Below, one piece after another: positions 51,710 through 60,984 of a stretch of 64,000 nucleotides of DNA. The notes beneath the pieces were generated by a model that was given only the letters and a program-made list of their open reading frames with translations, had not been told where the DNA came from and did no database searches. Positions within the stretch are counted from its first letter, which is position 1; every line of letters starts with the position of its first letter. Both the position numbers and the translations under genes were made by a program. The stretch covers positions 9,982 to 73,981 of the forward strand of contig DASXFC010000001.1 of NCBI GenBank assembly GCA_036489775.1, in the 5' to 3' direction. The DNA comes from Acidimicrobiales bacterium. GTDB lineage: Bacteria > Actinomycetota > Acidimicrobiia > Acidimicrobiales > RAAP-2.

Positions 51710-52728
51710 GGGGGTCCGCCGTCGGTCGCCGCCACCAGATCGGCCAGCACGCGCCGGAGCTCGAGGGTGGTCCGATCGGCCCGGGTGTGGACCTCGGCCG
51801 TGGGATCCAGCGGGAGCACCAGCTCGTCGTAGGCCTCCTGTACCGCGAGGTCTTCGCGCAGGACGTCCACCTCGAAGGCCACCGCTTCTTCCATGCCACC
51901 GGCCAGACCGGCCAGGTCGTTCCGCCACAAGGTGGTGAAGAGCCGGCAGCGATCGGCCGTCTCGGGCTGGATGAAGAATCCGATCAGGTTGGTGCCACCG
52001 GCTTCGACGAAGTCAATGCGCAGCTGGAGATGGAACGGGGCATCGAGCCGGTAGGCCAGCCGCCTGGTCTGCACCAGCGGCCGCGTCCCCGCCGCCACGG
52101 CCGGATCCTCCCGGTTGGCGAACGAGTGCTGGTAGCGCATGGTGAAGCTCCAGCCGTCCCGACCGACCTCATAGCGCGGCACCTGGGCTGACTCCTCTGC
52201 GCCGAAGGTGCCGGCGTGGATGAAGGGAAAGTGCGCGACGTCCAAGAAGTTGTCGGCCAGCAACCCGGCCGAGGCCCGCGCCGACAAGGTGGGGAGCTCT
52301 CCCACTTCGAAGGTCGGATCCTGGGCCTCGGGAATACGCCCCAGTGGGGCCAGCGGGGGTTCGGGGGCCAGGAAGACCAGGCCGTGCGACTCGATCAGCC
52401 CGGCCGGTGGCGAAAGCTGTGCCGCCGGCGGGATCGTCGCCTCCGGGCCGAGAGCCGGGATCTCGATGCAGGCACCCGACTGGTCGAAACGCCAGCCGTG
52501 GTAGGCGCATTGCAGCGTGGCACCTTCGCAGTGCCCGAGTGACAGAGGGGCCCGACGGTGGGGGCAGCGGTCGGCGAAAGCCACCAGCTGGCCCTCGACC
52601 CGGTAGAGGATCCAGGGGTCACCGAGCAGCAGTACCCGCACCGGTTGCTCGGTCACCTCGGCCGGACGGGCCACCGGGTGCCAGCATCGGCGCAGCGCCG
52701 GGTCGACGTTGGAGAGGGCCCGGGACAT
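51706..52728 (-). CDS. Rieske [2Fe-2S] non-heme-iron oxygenase, monooxygenase/demethylase-type alpha subunit
   Basis: ORF 51706..53811 trimmed to ATG 52728 (MSRALSNVDP). The Rieske site is CPHRRAPL...CAYHGWRF. The mononuclear iron motif is DNFLDVAHFPFIH. The upstream part of the long ORF is antisense to the SDR gene. Confidence 0.9.
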   Translation of the reverse strand: MSRALSNVDPALRRCWHPVARPAEVTEQPVRVLLLGDPWILYRVEGQLVAFADRCPHRRAPLSLGHCEGATLQCAYHGWRFDQSGACIEIPALGPEATIPPAAQLSPPAGLIESHGLVFLAPEPPLAPLGRIPEAQDPTFEVGELPTLSARASAGLLADNFLDVAHFPFIHAGTFGAEESAQVPRYEVGRDGWSFTMRYQHSFANREDPAVAAGTRPLVQTRRLAYRLDAPFHLQLRIDFVEAGGTNLIGFFIQPETADRCRLFTTLWRNDLAGLAGGMEEAVAFEVDVLREDLAVQEAYDELVLPLDPTAEVHTRADRTTLELRRVLADLVAATDGGPP

Positions 52729-52791
52729 CGGACCACCCTGGTGCGTCGCCCACTCTGACGTCAAGGACGCCGGTCTGGCTAGTGTCCGGCG

Positions 52792-53586
52792 GTGATCCTC
52801 GACCGATTCAAAGTAACTGACCAGGTCGCCATCGTGACCGCCAGCGGGCGCGGCATCGGGGCGGCGGCGGCCGTCGCCCTGGCCGAAGCCGGAGCCGACG
52901 TCGTGCTGGCCGCCCGGACCGAAGACCAACTCCGTGAGGTGGCCACCCAAGTGGAGGCCACCGGTCGCCGGGCCGTGGTGGTCCCCGGTGACCTGAGTGA
53001 CAACGACCTGATGACGTCGTTGGCCACCACGGCCATCGAGCAACTGGGCCGCCTCGACATCGTGATCAACAACATGGGGGGCGCCATGCCCCGCCCGCTG
53101 CTCGACACCTCGCCCCGCTTCCTCGAAGAGGCCTTCCACTTCAACGTGGGCGCCGGTCATGCCCTGGTGCGGGCGGCTGTGCCTCGCATGCTCGAAGGCG
53201 ATCATCCCGGCGGGTCCATCGTCAACATCTCCTCGGTGATGGGGCACGTGGGAGCCCGCGGCTACGTGGCCTACGGCACCGTGAAGGGGGCACTCGAGCA
53301 GTACACCCGCCTGGTCGCCCGCGACCTCTCGCCGCGGATCAGGGTGAACGCCGTGGCGGTCGGCTCGACGGCCACCTCCGCGCTCGACATCGTGATGTCG
53401 AGCGACGAGTTGCGCACGACGATGGAGGAGGCCACCCCGCTCAAGCGCATCGGTCATCCCGAGGACATCGCGGCGGCCATCCTCTTCCTGGCCTCCGATG
53501 CCGGCTCGTTCATCACCGGGAAGATCCTCCAGGTCGACGGCGGACTGGAGCAGGCCAACCTCGAGTTCGGCCTGCCGGATCTTTAA
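52792..53586 (+). CDS. SDR-family oxidoreductase (FabG-like)
   Basis: ORF 52792..53586, GTG start. Motifs VAIVTASGRGIG, NNMGG and YGTVKGAL (YxxxK). Confidence 0.9.
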   Translation: MILDRFKVTDQVAIVTASGRGIGAAAAVALAEAGADVVLAARTEDQLREVATQVEATGRRAVVVPGDLSDNDLMTSLATTAIEQLGRLDIVINNMGGAMPRPLLDTSPRFLEEAFHFNVGAGHALVRAAVPRMLEGDHPGGSIVNISSVMGHVGARGYVAYGTVKGALEQYTRLVARDLSPRIRVNAVAVGSTATSALDIVMSSDELRTTMEEATPLKRIGHPEDIAAAILFLASDAGSFITGKILQVDGGLEQANLEFGLPDL

Positions 53587-54651
53587 ATGACCTATCGAGT
53601 GGTGCAGTGGAGCACAGGCAACGTCGGCCGGCACGCGCTGGCCGGTCTCGACGCCCATCCCGACATCGAGCTGGTGGGTGTCTTCGTCTCCGACCCGGCC
53701 AAGGTGGGACGTGACGCCGGCGAATTGGCCGGATTGGGACGGTCGCTGGGGATCGAGGGCAGCAACGACACCGAGACCCTGTTGGCCCTGGCCCCCGACT
53801 GCATCGTGCACACCGCCATGGCCGACAACCGCATGGGCGAGGCCCTGGCTGATCTCGAGCGCTTCCTGCGGGCCGGCATCAACGTGGTGTCGTCCAGCCC
53901 GGTCTTCCTGCAGTATCCGGCCGAGGGCGACCCGATGGCCGCTCCCCTCGACGCCGCGGCCAAGACGGCCGGCGTCTCCCTCTTCGTCAACGGCATCGAC
54001 CCCGGTTTCGCCAACGACGCCCTGCCGCTGGTGCTCACCGGCATCAGCGAGCGCATCGAGGAGGTGCGTTGTTCGGAGGTGCTGAACTACGCCACCTACA
54101 ACCAGCCCATGATCCTCTTCGACATCATGGGTTTCGGCCGCTCACCCGATGACGTGCCGATGCTGCTGCTGCCCGGCGTATTGACCATGGCCTGGGGCAG
54201 CGTGGTGCGCCAGATCGCGGCCGGCCTGGGGGTGACGCTGAGCGGTATCGAGGAATGGTACGAGCGTGAGGTGGCGCCGGAGGATTTCGAGGTCGATGCC
54301 GGCACGGTGCACCAAGGCACGGTGGCCGCCCTGCACTTCGAAGTGCGGGGCATGGTGGGCGACCGGGCGGTGGTGGTCCTCGAGCACGTCACCCGCCTGC
54401 GCGACGACCTCGGTGCCAGCTGGCCCCAGCCGGCCGGCCAGGGCTGCTACCGGGTGCAGGTCACCGGCGAGCCCAATTACACCCTGGACCTCCAGCTGAT
54501 GGGGACCGACGGCGACCACAACACCGCCGGTCTCAAGGCGACGGCCATGCGCTTGGTCAATGCCATCCCGGCTGTGGTGGCGGCGCGGCCCGGGTTGATC
54601 AGCGCGCTCGATCTCCCTCTTATCACCGGACGCGGCCTGGTCTCGCTCTGA
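53587..54651 (+). CDS. NAD(P)H-dependent amine dehydrogenase family / DapB-N-like oxidoreductase
   Basis: ORF 53587..54651. The ATG follows the SDR TAA directly. YRVVQWSTGNVGRHALAGLDAHPDIELVGVFV is the family N-terminus as I remember it. Confidence 0.75.
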   Translation: MTYRVVQWSTGNVGRHALAGLDAHPDIELVGVFVSDPAKVGRDAGELAGLGRSLGIEGSNDTETLLALAPDCIVHTAMADNRMGEALADLERFLRAGINVVSSSPVFLQYPAEGDPMAAPLDAAAKTAGVSLFVNGIDPGFANDALPLVLTGISERIEEVRCSEVLNYATYNQPMILFDIMGFGRSPDDVPMLLLPGVLTMAWGSVVRQIAAGLGVTLSGIEEWYEREVAPEDFEVDAGTVHQGTVAALHFEVRGMVGDRAVVVLEHVTRLRDDLGASWPQPAGQGCYRVQVTGEPNYTLDLQLMGTDGDHNTAGLKATAMRLVNAIPAVVAARPGLISALDLPLITGRGLVSL

Positions 54652-54662
54652 AGTACTGAGCC

Positions 54663-55427
54663 TCAGGCTTTGACGGCCACCATCTGCACGAAGCCGAGGT
54701 ACTCCCCCGCATCGGCGCGCAGCATGGCCGCCTCGCGCGCCCCGGCTTCCCGATGCCAGCCCACACCGTGCATGGCCGTCGCCTCCTCGAAGCGCAGCCA
54801 GTCCTCGTGGCCTCCGGGCACCAGGTCGGCCCGCTCGACCCGCACCTTGGTGGTCTTATCCCAGTGCCGGCGCCACCAGGCCGGTGAGTGGAAGGAGCAG
54901 AAATCCCACTGCCAGTACGGCGCCAGGACTTCGGGTATGGCCTCGAGCTCCTGCTTCACGCCGGGCACCACGATCCCGATCCGCCCACCCGGACGGATCA
55001 GCCGGCTCAGCGCGCCGATGTAGAGGTCGTCGGTGCCGAAATAGTGGTACGCATCGAGGCTGACCACCAGGTCGAAGTGCTCGTCCTCGAACGGCAACGC
55101 GTGCGCCTCGGCGTGCACTGCCGTCACCAGATCGCCCACGCCGGCCGCCTCGATGCGAGCCTGGTTCTCCTCGGCGGCGATCCACAGGTCGGTGGCCCAG
55201 ACCTTCACCCCGAACTCCTTGGCCATGAAGATGGAGGTGAGAGCCGTGCCACACCCCAGGTCGAGCACTCGCAGGCCGGGCTCGATCACCAGGTGCTCGC
55301 ACAGTGCCTCGAGCAACCACAACGGGTGCGGCCCCATCAGATTGTCGAAGACCCACTGCGGGTCGTAGCGGTTGCTGCGCGGATAGCGCTCGTGCGCCAG
55401 TGGGTTGTGTGGTGGAGTCGGGCTCAA
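54663..55427 (-). CDS. Class I SAM-dependent methyltransferase
   Basis: ORF 54663..55427. The TTG start overlaps the ABM stop (TTGA). Motif I is VLDLGCGTALTS; LIRPGGRIGIVVPG is also present. Confidence 0.85.
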   Translation of the reverse strand: MSPTPPHNPLAHERYPRSNRYDPQWVFDNLMGPHPLWLLEALCEHLVIEPGLRVLDLGCGTALTSIFMAKEFGVKVWATDLWIAAEENQARIEAAGVGDLVTAVHAEAHALPFEDEHFDLVVSLDAYHYFGTDDLYIGALSRLIRPGGRIGIVVPGVKQELEAIPEVLAPYWQWDFCSFHSPAWWRRHWDKTTKVRVERADLVPGGHEDWLRFEEATAMHGVGWHREAGAREAAMLRADAGEYLGFVQMVAVKA

Positions 55428-55717
55428 TCTCGTCGCAGTGGCTCGGCCGTGTACATGTCGACGGAGGCCGAGAGCGGCTGCACTCCGTCGGGCCGGCCCC
55501 CCTCTGCCCTCAGTCGGGCCAGATGCGCGTCGAGGTCGGCCTGGGTCTCCCAGCGCTCGAAGAGCACGACCCGGTTTGGTTCAATGGGATCGGCGCCAAA
55601 GACGTAGTCGATGCACCCGTGCTCCGCCCGAGAGGTGCGCATGGCCTCGTGGCGGCTGGCCAAGAAGACATCCCGTTGCGCCGGATCCACCTCGAAGATG
55701 CCACCCACGATGATCAT
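55424..55717 (-). CDS. Antibiotic-biosynthesis-monooxygenase (ABM) domain protein
   Basis: ORF 55424..55717, 97 aa. The ferredoxin-like ABM pattern is present (CIDYVF...VVLFERWETQADLDAH). Confidence 0.78.
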   Translation of the reverse strand: MIIVGGIFEVDPAQRDVFLASRHEAMRTSRAEHGCIDYVFGADPIEPNRVVLFERWETQADLDAHLARLRAEGGRPDGVQPLSASVDMYTAEPLRRD

Positions 55718-55751
55718 GCCGCTGCCCTCCTGTGCTCGCCGCTGGCTGACC

Positions 55752-56597
55752 CTACCCCCCGGTCGCGAAAGGATTGGCTGCCGTCAAAGTGGCGAGTTGA
55801 GACTTCGAGATCGGATGTTCGCTGGCGGCCGGCGGGGCATTGACGGTGACCGGTGCGTTGAAGTTCGAGAAGCGGATGGTGCCGGCGATCCAGGTCCGCA
55901 CCCCCTTCGGCTGGGTCAGTACGGCCTCGACCAGGCGACCCTGGCCGTCCACCCAGGCGGTGATCGGGATCGGCGTGTTGGCCATCGGCGTCAAGGCGCC
56001 CTGGGTCACCGGGGACAGTGCCGGCATGACCTTGAAGAGTTGCGCCAACGAGAGGGTGGTGCGGATCCCGGTCACCCGAACCCCGTCGATGGTACGGCTG
56101 CCGAGCTTGTGCAGCGCCTGGCTGGTGGCCAAGGAGTCGAGCAGGATGCGGGCATAGGTGACGGCGACCGCGGTCTGGGACAGGGCGGTCGAAAAGTCAG
56201 AGGCCGTGCTGGCGGACACCGCGTAGTACACGTTGGGGGAATCGGACTTCGGCACCAGACTGGGCGGCAGCGTCAGGTAGACCGTCCCGTTGATCAACTC
56301 ACCGCGCAGGTCGAGGGTGGCGGCCTTCTGCCCCTTGGCCCGCCCCGCCGTCTCGGGCAGGGCGACCGCGATCGCCAGGCTGTGCCCGGTGAACTCGATC
56401 TGTCCGTACGCATCGAGGTCGCTGACCGAATGACCCGGCATAGACAGGCGGAGCGCCATGTTCACGCTGGCACTGGTCACCACCGACGTCGTGGTCTGAG
56501 CGGCCGCCGGTAGGGCGAGCCCGAGCACCAGCGCGCCAAGGCCGCTGAGCGACAACGCGCTCAACCCCAGCACCCGTGCAGCCGAACGGCGCGCCAT
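55752..56597 (-). CDS. Secreted hypothetical protein
   Basis: ORF 55752..56597. The N-terminal signal peptide is MARRSAARVLGLSALSLSGLGALVLGLALPAAAQ. There is no lipobox Cys, and I recognise no confident family. Confidence 0.65.
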   Translation of the reverse strand: MARRSAARVLGLSALSLSGLGALVLGLALPAAAQTTTSVVTSASVNMALRLSMPGHSVSDLDAYGQIEFTGHSLAIAVALPETAGRAKGQKAATLDLRGELINGTVYLTLPPSLVPKSDSPNVYYAVSASTASDFSTALSQTAVAVTYARILLDSLATSQALHKLGSRTIDGVRVTGIRTTLSLAQLFKVMPALSPVTQGALTPMANTPIPITAWVDGQGRLVEAVLTQPKGVRTWIAGTIRFSNFNAPVTVNAPPAASEHPISKSQLATLTAANPFATGG

Positions 56598-56709
56598 GGC
56601 GTTGGTTCCCTCCCTTCGACCCCGAGCCCGTCACGCTAGGACCGCCATAGCGCGATTGTTGGGCGCCCCGACTGCTTCTTAACTACGTCTTATGCGCACG
56701 CACCGCAGC

Positions 56710-59700
56710 TCAGCGAAAGTCGCGACTAGCCGGCACCATGGTTCCCACCTCGAACGCGTCCACCCGCTCCGCCGTCACGCTGACCGTGTCCTGGCCCAAC
56801 TCGAGTCGTCCCCGGATCAGCAGCACCGGCGCGTACCGGGCCACCGACTTCCAGCGGGCCCAGGCCCCTCGCGAAAAGATCACGTTCACATGGCCGGTCT
56901 CGTCCTCGAGGTTGACGAAGACCGCGCCGCGCGCCGTCTCTGGATGCTGGCGGTGCGTGACCACGCCGGCCACCAGCACCCGGGCCCCGTCGGTCCCGCC
57001 GAGTAGCGACCCGGCCGTGCTCACCCCCATGGCCTCCAACCGCTCGCGGGCCAGGTGCATGGCGGTCTGCTCGGGAGCCAGGCCGAGTGCCCACAGGTCG
57101 TCCCCGATGGCGTCGAGCGGCGAGGCCTCGGGCAGCGCGGGCGCCTCGGTCCCCAACACGATCCCGGGTAGGCGATCGGGCGTGCCCTGGGCCGCCGCGC
57201 CGGCCGCCCACAGCCATCGCCGGCGCGAGGCGGGGTCGGTCCGTTCCGCCGGGTCGAGCGCACCGGCCGCGGCCAGGGTCTCGAGCTGGACCCGGCTCAC
57301 TTCGGCCCGCCGCACCAGATCCTCGCCACCGCGCCAGGGGCGCCCGGCCACGATCCGCTCGGCCGTCGCCTCTCCCACCCCGCGTACCGCGGCCAGCCCC
57401 AGCCGGAGCACCGCCTCGCCGTCGAGCCCGCGCTCGAGCGATGCCCCCACCTCGGAACGGTTGACGTGGGGGCGGCGCACCGCCACCCCGTGCCGGCGGG
57501 CGTCGGCCACCAGCGACTGGGGCGACCAGAACCCCATCGGCTGCGAGTTGAGCAACCCGGCGGTGAAGGCGGCCGGGTACTTCAGCTTCAACCAGGCCGA
57601 CGAGTACACCAGGTGCGCGAACGACACCGAGTGCGACTCGGGAAAGCCGAAGTTGGCGAAGGCAGCCAAGGCGGCGAAGACCTGATCGGCCACCTCTCCC
57701 TCGACCCCGCGGGCCGCCATCCCCTCGTAGAGGCGGGCCCGCATCTTCTCCATGCGCGCCGCCGAGCGCTTGGCCGCCATGGCCTGGCGCAGTTCGTCGG
57801 CGTCGGCCGCGCTGAAGCCGGCGATGGCCACCGCCATCTCCATCAGCTGCTCCTGGAAGAGCGGCACCCCGAGCGTCCGCTCCAGGATCGGCTTGAGCAG
57901 CGGGTGCAGGTAAGTGGGCTCCTCCTCGCCGCGCCGTCGCCGGATGTAGGGGTTGACGGCGTGCCCCTGGATCGGACCGGGGCGGATGAGCGCCACCTCG
58001 ATAGCCAGGTCGTAGAACGTGCGCGGCTGGACCCGGGGCAGCGTCGCCATCTGGGCCCGGCTCTCCACCTGGAAGACCCCGACCGTGTCGGCCGCGCACA
58101 ACAGGTCGTAGACGGCGTCCTCCTGCGGGAGCTGCGCCAGATCCACCGGCACCCCGAAGAAGTCGTGCACCAGATCGACCATGCGGTGCAGCGCCTCGAG
58201 CATGCCCAACCCGAGCAGGTCGAACTTGACCAGACCGATGGCGGCGCAGTCGTCCTTGTCCCACTGCAGCACCGAGCGGCCCGGCATGCGCCCCCACTCC
58301 ACCGGGCACACCTCGACCACCGGGCGGTCGCACAGCACCATGCCGGCCGAGTGGATGCCAAGGTGGCGCGGCCGGTCCAGCACGGCGGCGGCCAGCTCGG
58401 CCACCAACGGCGGCACCCCGGTCCCGCCCCCGCCAGCATCCACCGCCTCACCCAGCGCGGCCACCGACTCGGCGCCCCTCGAGACCCGGTCGATCCCGGC
58501 CGCCCACCCTTCCACCTGTTCGGGGGTGAAGCCGAAGGCTTTGCCCACGTCGCGGAGGGCCGAGCGGGGCCGGTAGGTGATGACGTTGGCCACCTGCGCG
58601 GCATGCCGTCGGCCATGACGCTCGTAGACGTACTGGATGACCTCTTCGCGCCGCCCCGACTCGATGTCGATGTCGATGTCCGGCGGGCCGTCCCGGGCCG
58701 GACTGAGGAACCGCTCGAAGAGCAGCCCGAGTTCGACCGCGTCGACGTTGGTCACGCCGAGCGCGTAACAGACAGCCGAGTTGGCGGCCGAACCCCGGCC
58801 CTGGCAGTAGATGTTGAGACGCCGGCAGACCTGGGCGATGTCCCAGACCACCAGGAAGTAGCCGGCGAACCCGAGCGCCCCGATCACCTCGAGCTCGTGC
58901 TCGAGCTGCGCCCAGGCGCCGGGCACCCGCTCGTCGTGCGGCGGCCCGTAGCGGGCCACCGCACCTTCGCTCACCAGCTGGCGCAGGTAGCCCTGCTCGT
59001 CCATGCCCTCGGGAACCGGGAAATCAGGCAGCCGGGGCGCCACCAGGCGCAGATCGAAAGCGCAGGCCGTCCCCAACTCGGCCGCTCGCTCGACCGTGCC
59101 GGGCCAGCGGGCGAAGCGACGGGTCTGCTCCGCCGCGCCGCGCAGGCAGGCCGTGGGCGCCGAGGGCAGCCATCCCTCCAACTCGGCCAGCGGTCGCCGG
59201 GCCCGGATGGCCGAGAGCACGGTGGCCAACCGGAAGCCGGCCGGGGTGGCGTAGTGCACGTTGTTGGTGGCCACCGCGTCGGTACCCCACTCGGCCGCCA
59301 GCAGGGCCAGGGCGTCGTTGCGGACGGTGTCGATCGGATCGCCGTGATCCCACAGCTCGACCGCCACGTTGACGCGGCCGAAGGCGTCCACCAGCCGACC
59401 CAGCTCCCGGGCGGCCGCCCGTGGCCCGGCTTCCATCAACGCGGCGGGCACCGCCCCCTTCCGGCAGCCGGTGAGCACCAGCCAGTGACCACCGGCCGCG
59501 GCCGAAAGGGCCTCGGTGGTGAAGATGGGTTTGCCCTTCTCACCTCCGGCGAGATGGGCCTCGGCCAGCACGCTCGAGAGCCGGGCGTACCCCTCGGGGT
59601 CGCGGGCCAGCACGATCAGGTGGGCACCGGTCGGGTCGGGCTCCCCGGTGCGCGGCCCGGCCGGGGCCAGCGTGACCTCGGCTCCGAAGACGGTGGGCAG

Positions 59701-59886
59701 ACCGCAGGCCCGCGCCGCCTCGGCGAACCGCACGACGCCGTAGAACCCGTGATGGTCGGTCAGGGCCAGGGCGCGCAGCCCGAGCCGGTCGGCTTCGGCC
59801 ACCAGTTCCTCGGGATCGCTGCTGCCATCGAGGAAGCTGAATCCCGAGTGGGCGTGCAGCTCGGCGTAGGCCGGGCCGTCAGTCAT
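56710..59886 (-). CDS. dnaE2: Error-prone DNA polymerase III alpha-like subunit DnaE2
   Basis: ORF 56710..59886, 1058 aa. PHP-domain start: YAELHAHSGFSFLDGSS...LTDHHGFYG. Palm/fingers region: IDIDIESGRRE, LVKFDLLGLGML. Length and context (downstream of imuB) fit DnaE2. Confidence 0.95.
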   Translation of the reverse strand: MTDGPAYAELHAHSGFSFLDGSSDPEELVAEADRLGLRALALTDHHGFYGVVRFAEAARACGLPTVFGAEVTLAPAGPRTGEPDPTGAHLIVLARDPEGYARLSSVLAEAHLAGGEKGKPIFTTEALSAAAGGHWLVLTGCRKGAVPAALMEAGPRAAARELGRLVDAFGRVNVAVELWDHGDPIDTVRNDALALLAAEWGTDAVATNNVHYATPAGFRLATVLSAIRARRPLAELEGWLPSAPTACLRGAAEQTRRFARWPGTVERAAELGTACAFDLRLVAPRLPDFPVPEGMDEQGYLRQLVSEGAVARYGPPHDERVPGAWAQLEHELEVIGALGFAGYFLVVWDIAQVCRRLNIYCQGRGSAANSAVCYALGVTNVDAVELGLLFERFLSPARDGPPDIDIDIESGRREEVIQYVYERHGRRHAAQVANVITYRPRSALRDVGKAFGFTPEQVEGWAAGIDRVSRGAESVAALGEAVDAGGGGTGVPPLVAELAAAVLDRPRHLGIHSAGMVLCDRPVVEVCPVEWGRMPGRSVLQWDKDDCAAIGLVKFDLLGLGMLEALHRMVDLVHDFFGVPVDLAQLPQEDAVYDLLCAADTVGVFQVESRAQMATLPRVQPRTFYDLAIEVALIRPGPIQGHAVNPYIRRRRGEEEPTYLHPLLKPILERTLGVPLFQEQLMEMAVAIAGFSAADADELRQAMAAKRSAARMEKMRARLYEGMAARGVEGEVADQVFAALAAFANFGFPESHSVSFAHLVYSSAWLKLKYPAAFTAGLLNSQPMGFWSPQSLVADARRHGVAVRRPHVNRSEVGASLERGLDGEAVLRLGLAAVRGVGEATAERIVAGRPWRGGEDLVRRAEVSRVQLETLAAAGALDPAERTDPASRRRWLWAAGAAAQGTPDRLPGIVLGTEAPALPEASPLDAIGDDLWALGLAPEQTAMHLARERLEAMGVSTAGSLLGGTDGARVLVAGVVTHRQHPETARGAVFVNLEDETGHVNVIFSRGAWARWKSVARYAPVLLIRGRLELGQDTVSVTAERVDAFEVGTMVPASRDFR

Positions 59887-60970
59887 AGACGGCTTCGACC
59901 CACCACTGGCCCCGCTCGGTGCACAAGAGGCGGGCCACCCCGTCGACCGTCACCACCTGGAGCCGGGCCCGGCGACGCCGGCGGCCCGACCACCAGCGCT
60001 CGTTCACCGGCCACGGCCCCGCCCATCCCATCACGTCCTGCCAGCGACCCCCGTCGATGGAGAGGCGATCGAGGGGCCGGTCGAGCAGACCCCGGCCGCT
60101 CACCATCAACGGTTGGTCGGCCGCATCGACCAACTCGGCCCGCCGCGGCGGGGACAGTACCTGCGTCGGGGCTGGTGGCGGCACCCGGCCAGGCCAGGGG
60201 GCGCTGACCAACGCGGCCACGCCCGAGTCCGGGCTGCCCCACGGGACCAGGGTGGCCTGCTCGGCTGGATGCCGGCCACCCTGCACGCGCCCCACCAACA
60301 CCGCCTCGATGCCCAGCCGCTCCTGTACCCGGACGAAGGAGCGAGCCGCCCGAGTATCCGCGGCGGACGCACCGCCGAAGAAACCGGGCTGGAAAGGCGG
60401 CGGTTCGTCCTCGGGGTCCTCGCCCCGGGCCACCCGGAGGCGCCGCTCGATGGTGCGGTCGCGCACGCCGGCCATCTCGCCGCTCTCGCCGCGGGCTACC
60501 CGGTGACAGGCCGCCGCGTCGGCCCCGAAACGATCCGACACGCTGTGCGGTGGGAGTTCGGCGAACTGCCCGAGCGTGGTGATGCCCAGGCGCTGCAAGG
60601 TCACCGCCAGGTCGGGACGGCCCAGGACCGCCACCGAGCACGGAGCCAGAAAGGCCGCGCTCTGGGTGGCTGGGACGATCAGTTGCCCCCGGGCCGCCAG
60701 GATCGCCGCGAAGAGCCCGTCGGCCACCCCGATGTGGGCGTCCTCTCCCACGGCCTGGCCCAGGTGGGACACAACCATCGCCTCTCCGCCGAAGAAGCGG
60801 GCCGGCCCGCGTGCGGGCAGGGCGCACACCCCGAGCCGGATGGGATGGACCCACGGGCACAACTCGCCGGCGCGGGCCACCACCTGTACGAAGCGCCGTG
60901 CCTCTTCCCCCCGCGCCCCTTCTTCGAGGAGTTCGGGACACCAGACCACGACCAGCCGTTCCATCTCCAT
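59879..60970 (-). CDS. imuB: ImuB, a Y-family-polymerase-like protein without catalytic acidic residues
   Basis: ORF 59879..61180 trimmed to ATG 60970 (MEMERLVVVWCPE). HhH-like segment: LQRLGITTLGQFAELP. The 3' end overlaps the dnaE2 start by 8 nt. The predicted product is 363 aa. Confidence 0.83.
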   Translation of the reverse strand: MEMERLVVVWCPELLEEGARGEEARRFVQVVARAGELCPWVHPIRLGVCALPARGPARFFGGEAMVVSHLGQAVGEDAHIGVADGLFAAILAARGQLIVPATQSAAFLAPCSVAVLGRPDLAVTLQRLGITTLGQFAELPPHSVSDRFGADAAACHRVARGESGEMAGVRDRTIERRLRVARGEDPEDEPPPFQPGFFGGASAADTRAARSFVRVQERLGIEAVLVGRVQGGRHPAEQATLVPWGSPDSGVAALVSAPWPGRVPPPAPTQVLSPPRRAELVDAADQPLMVSGRGLLDRPLDRLSIDGGRWQDVMGWAGPWPVNERWWSGRRRRRARLQVVTVDGVARLLCTERGQWWVEAVYD

Positions 60971-60984
60971 TGCTGCTGCTCCAC

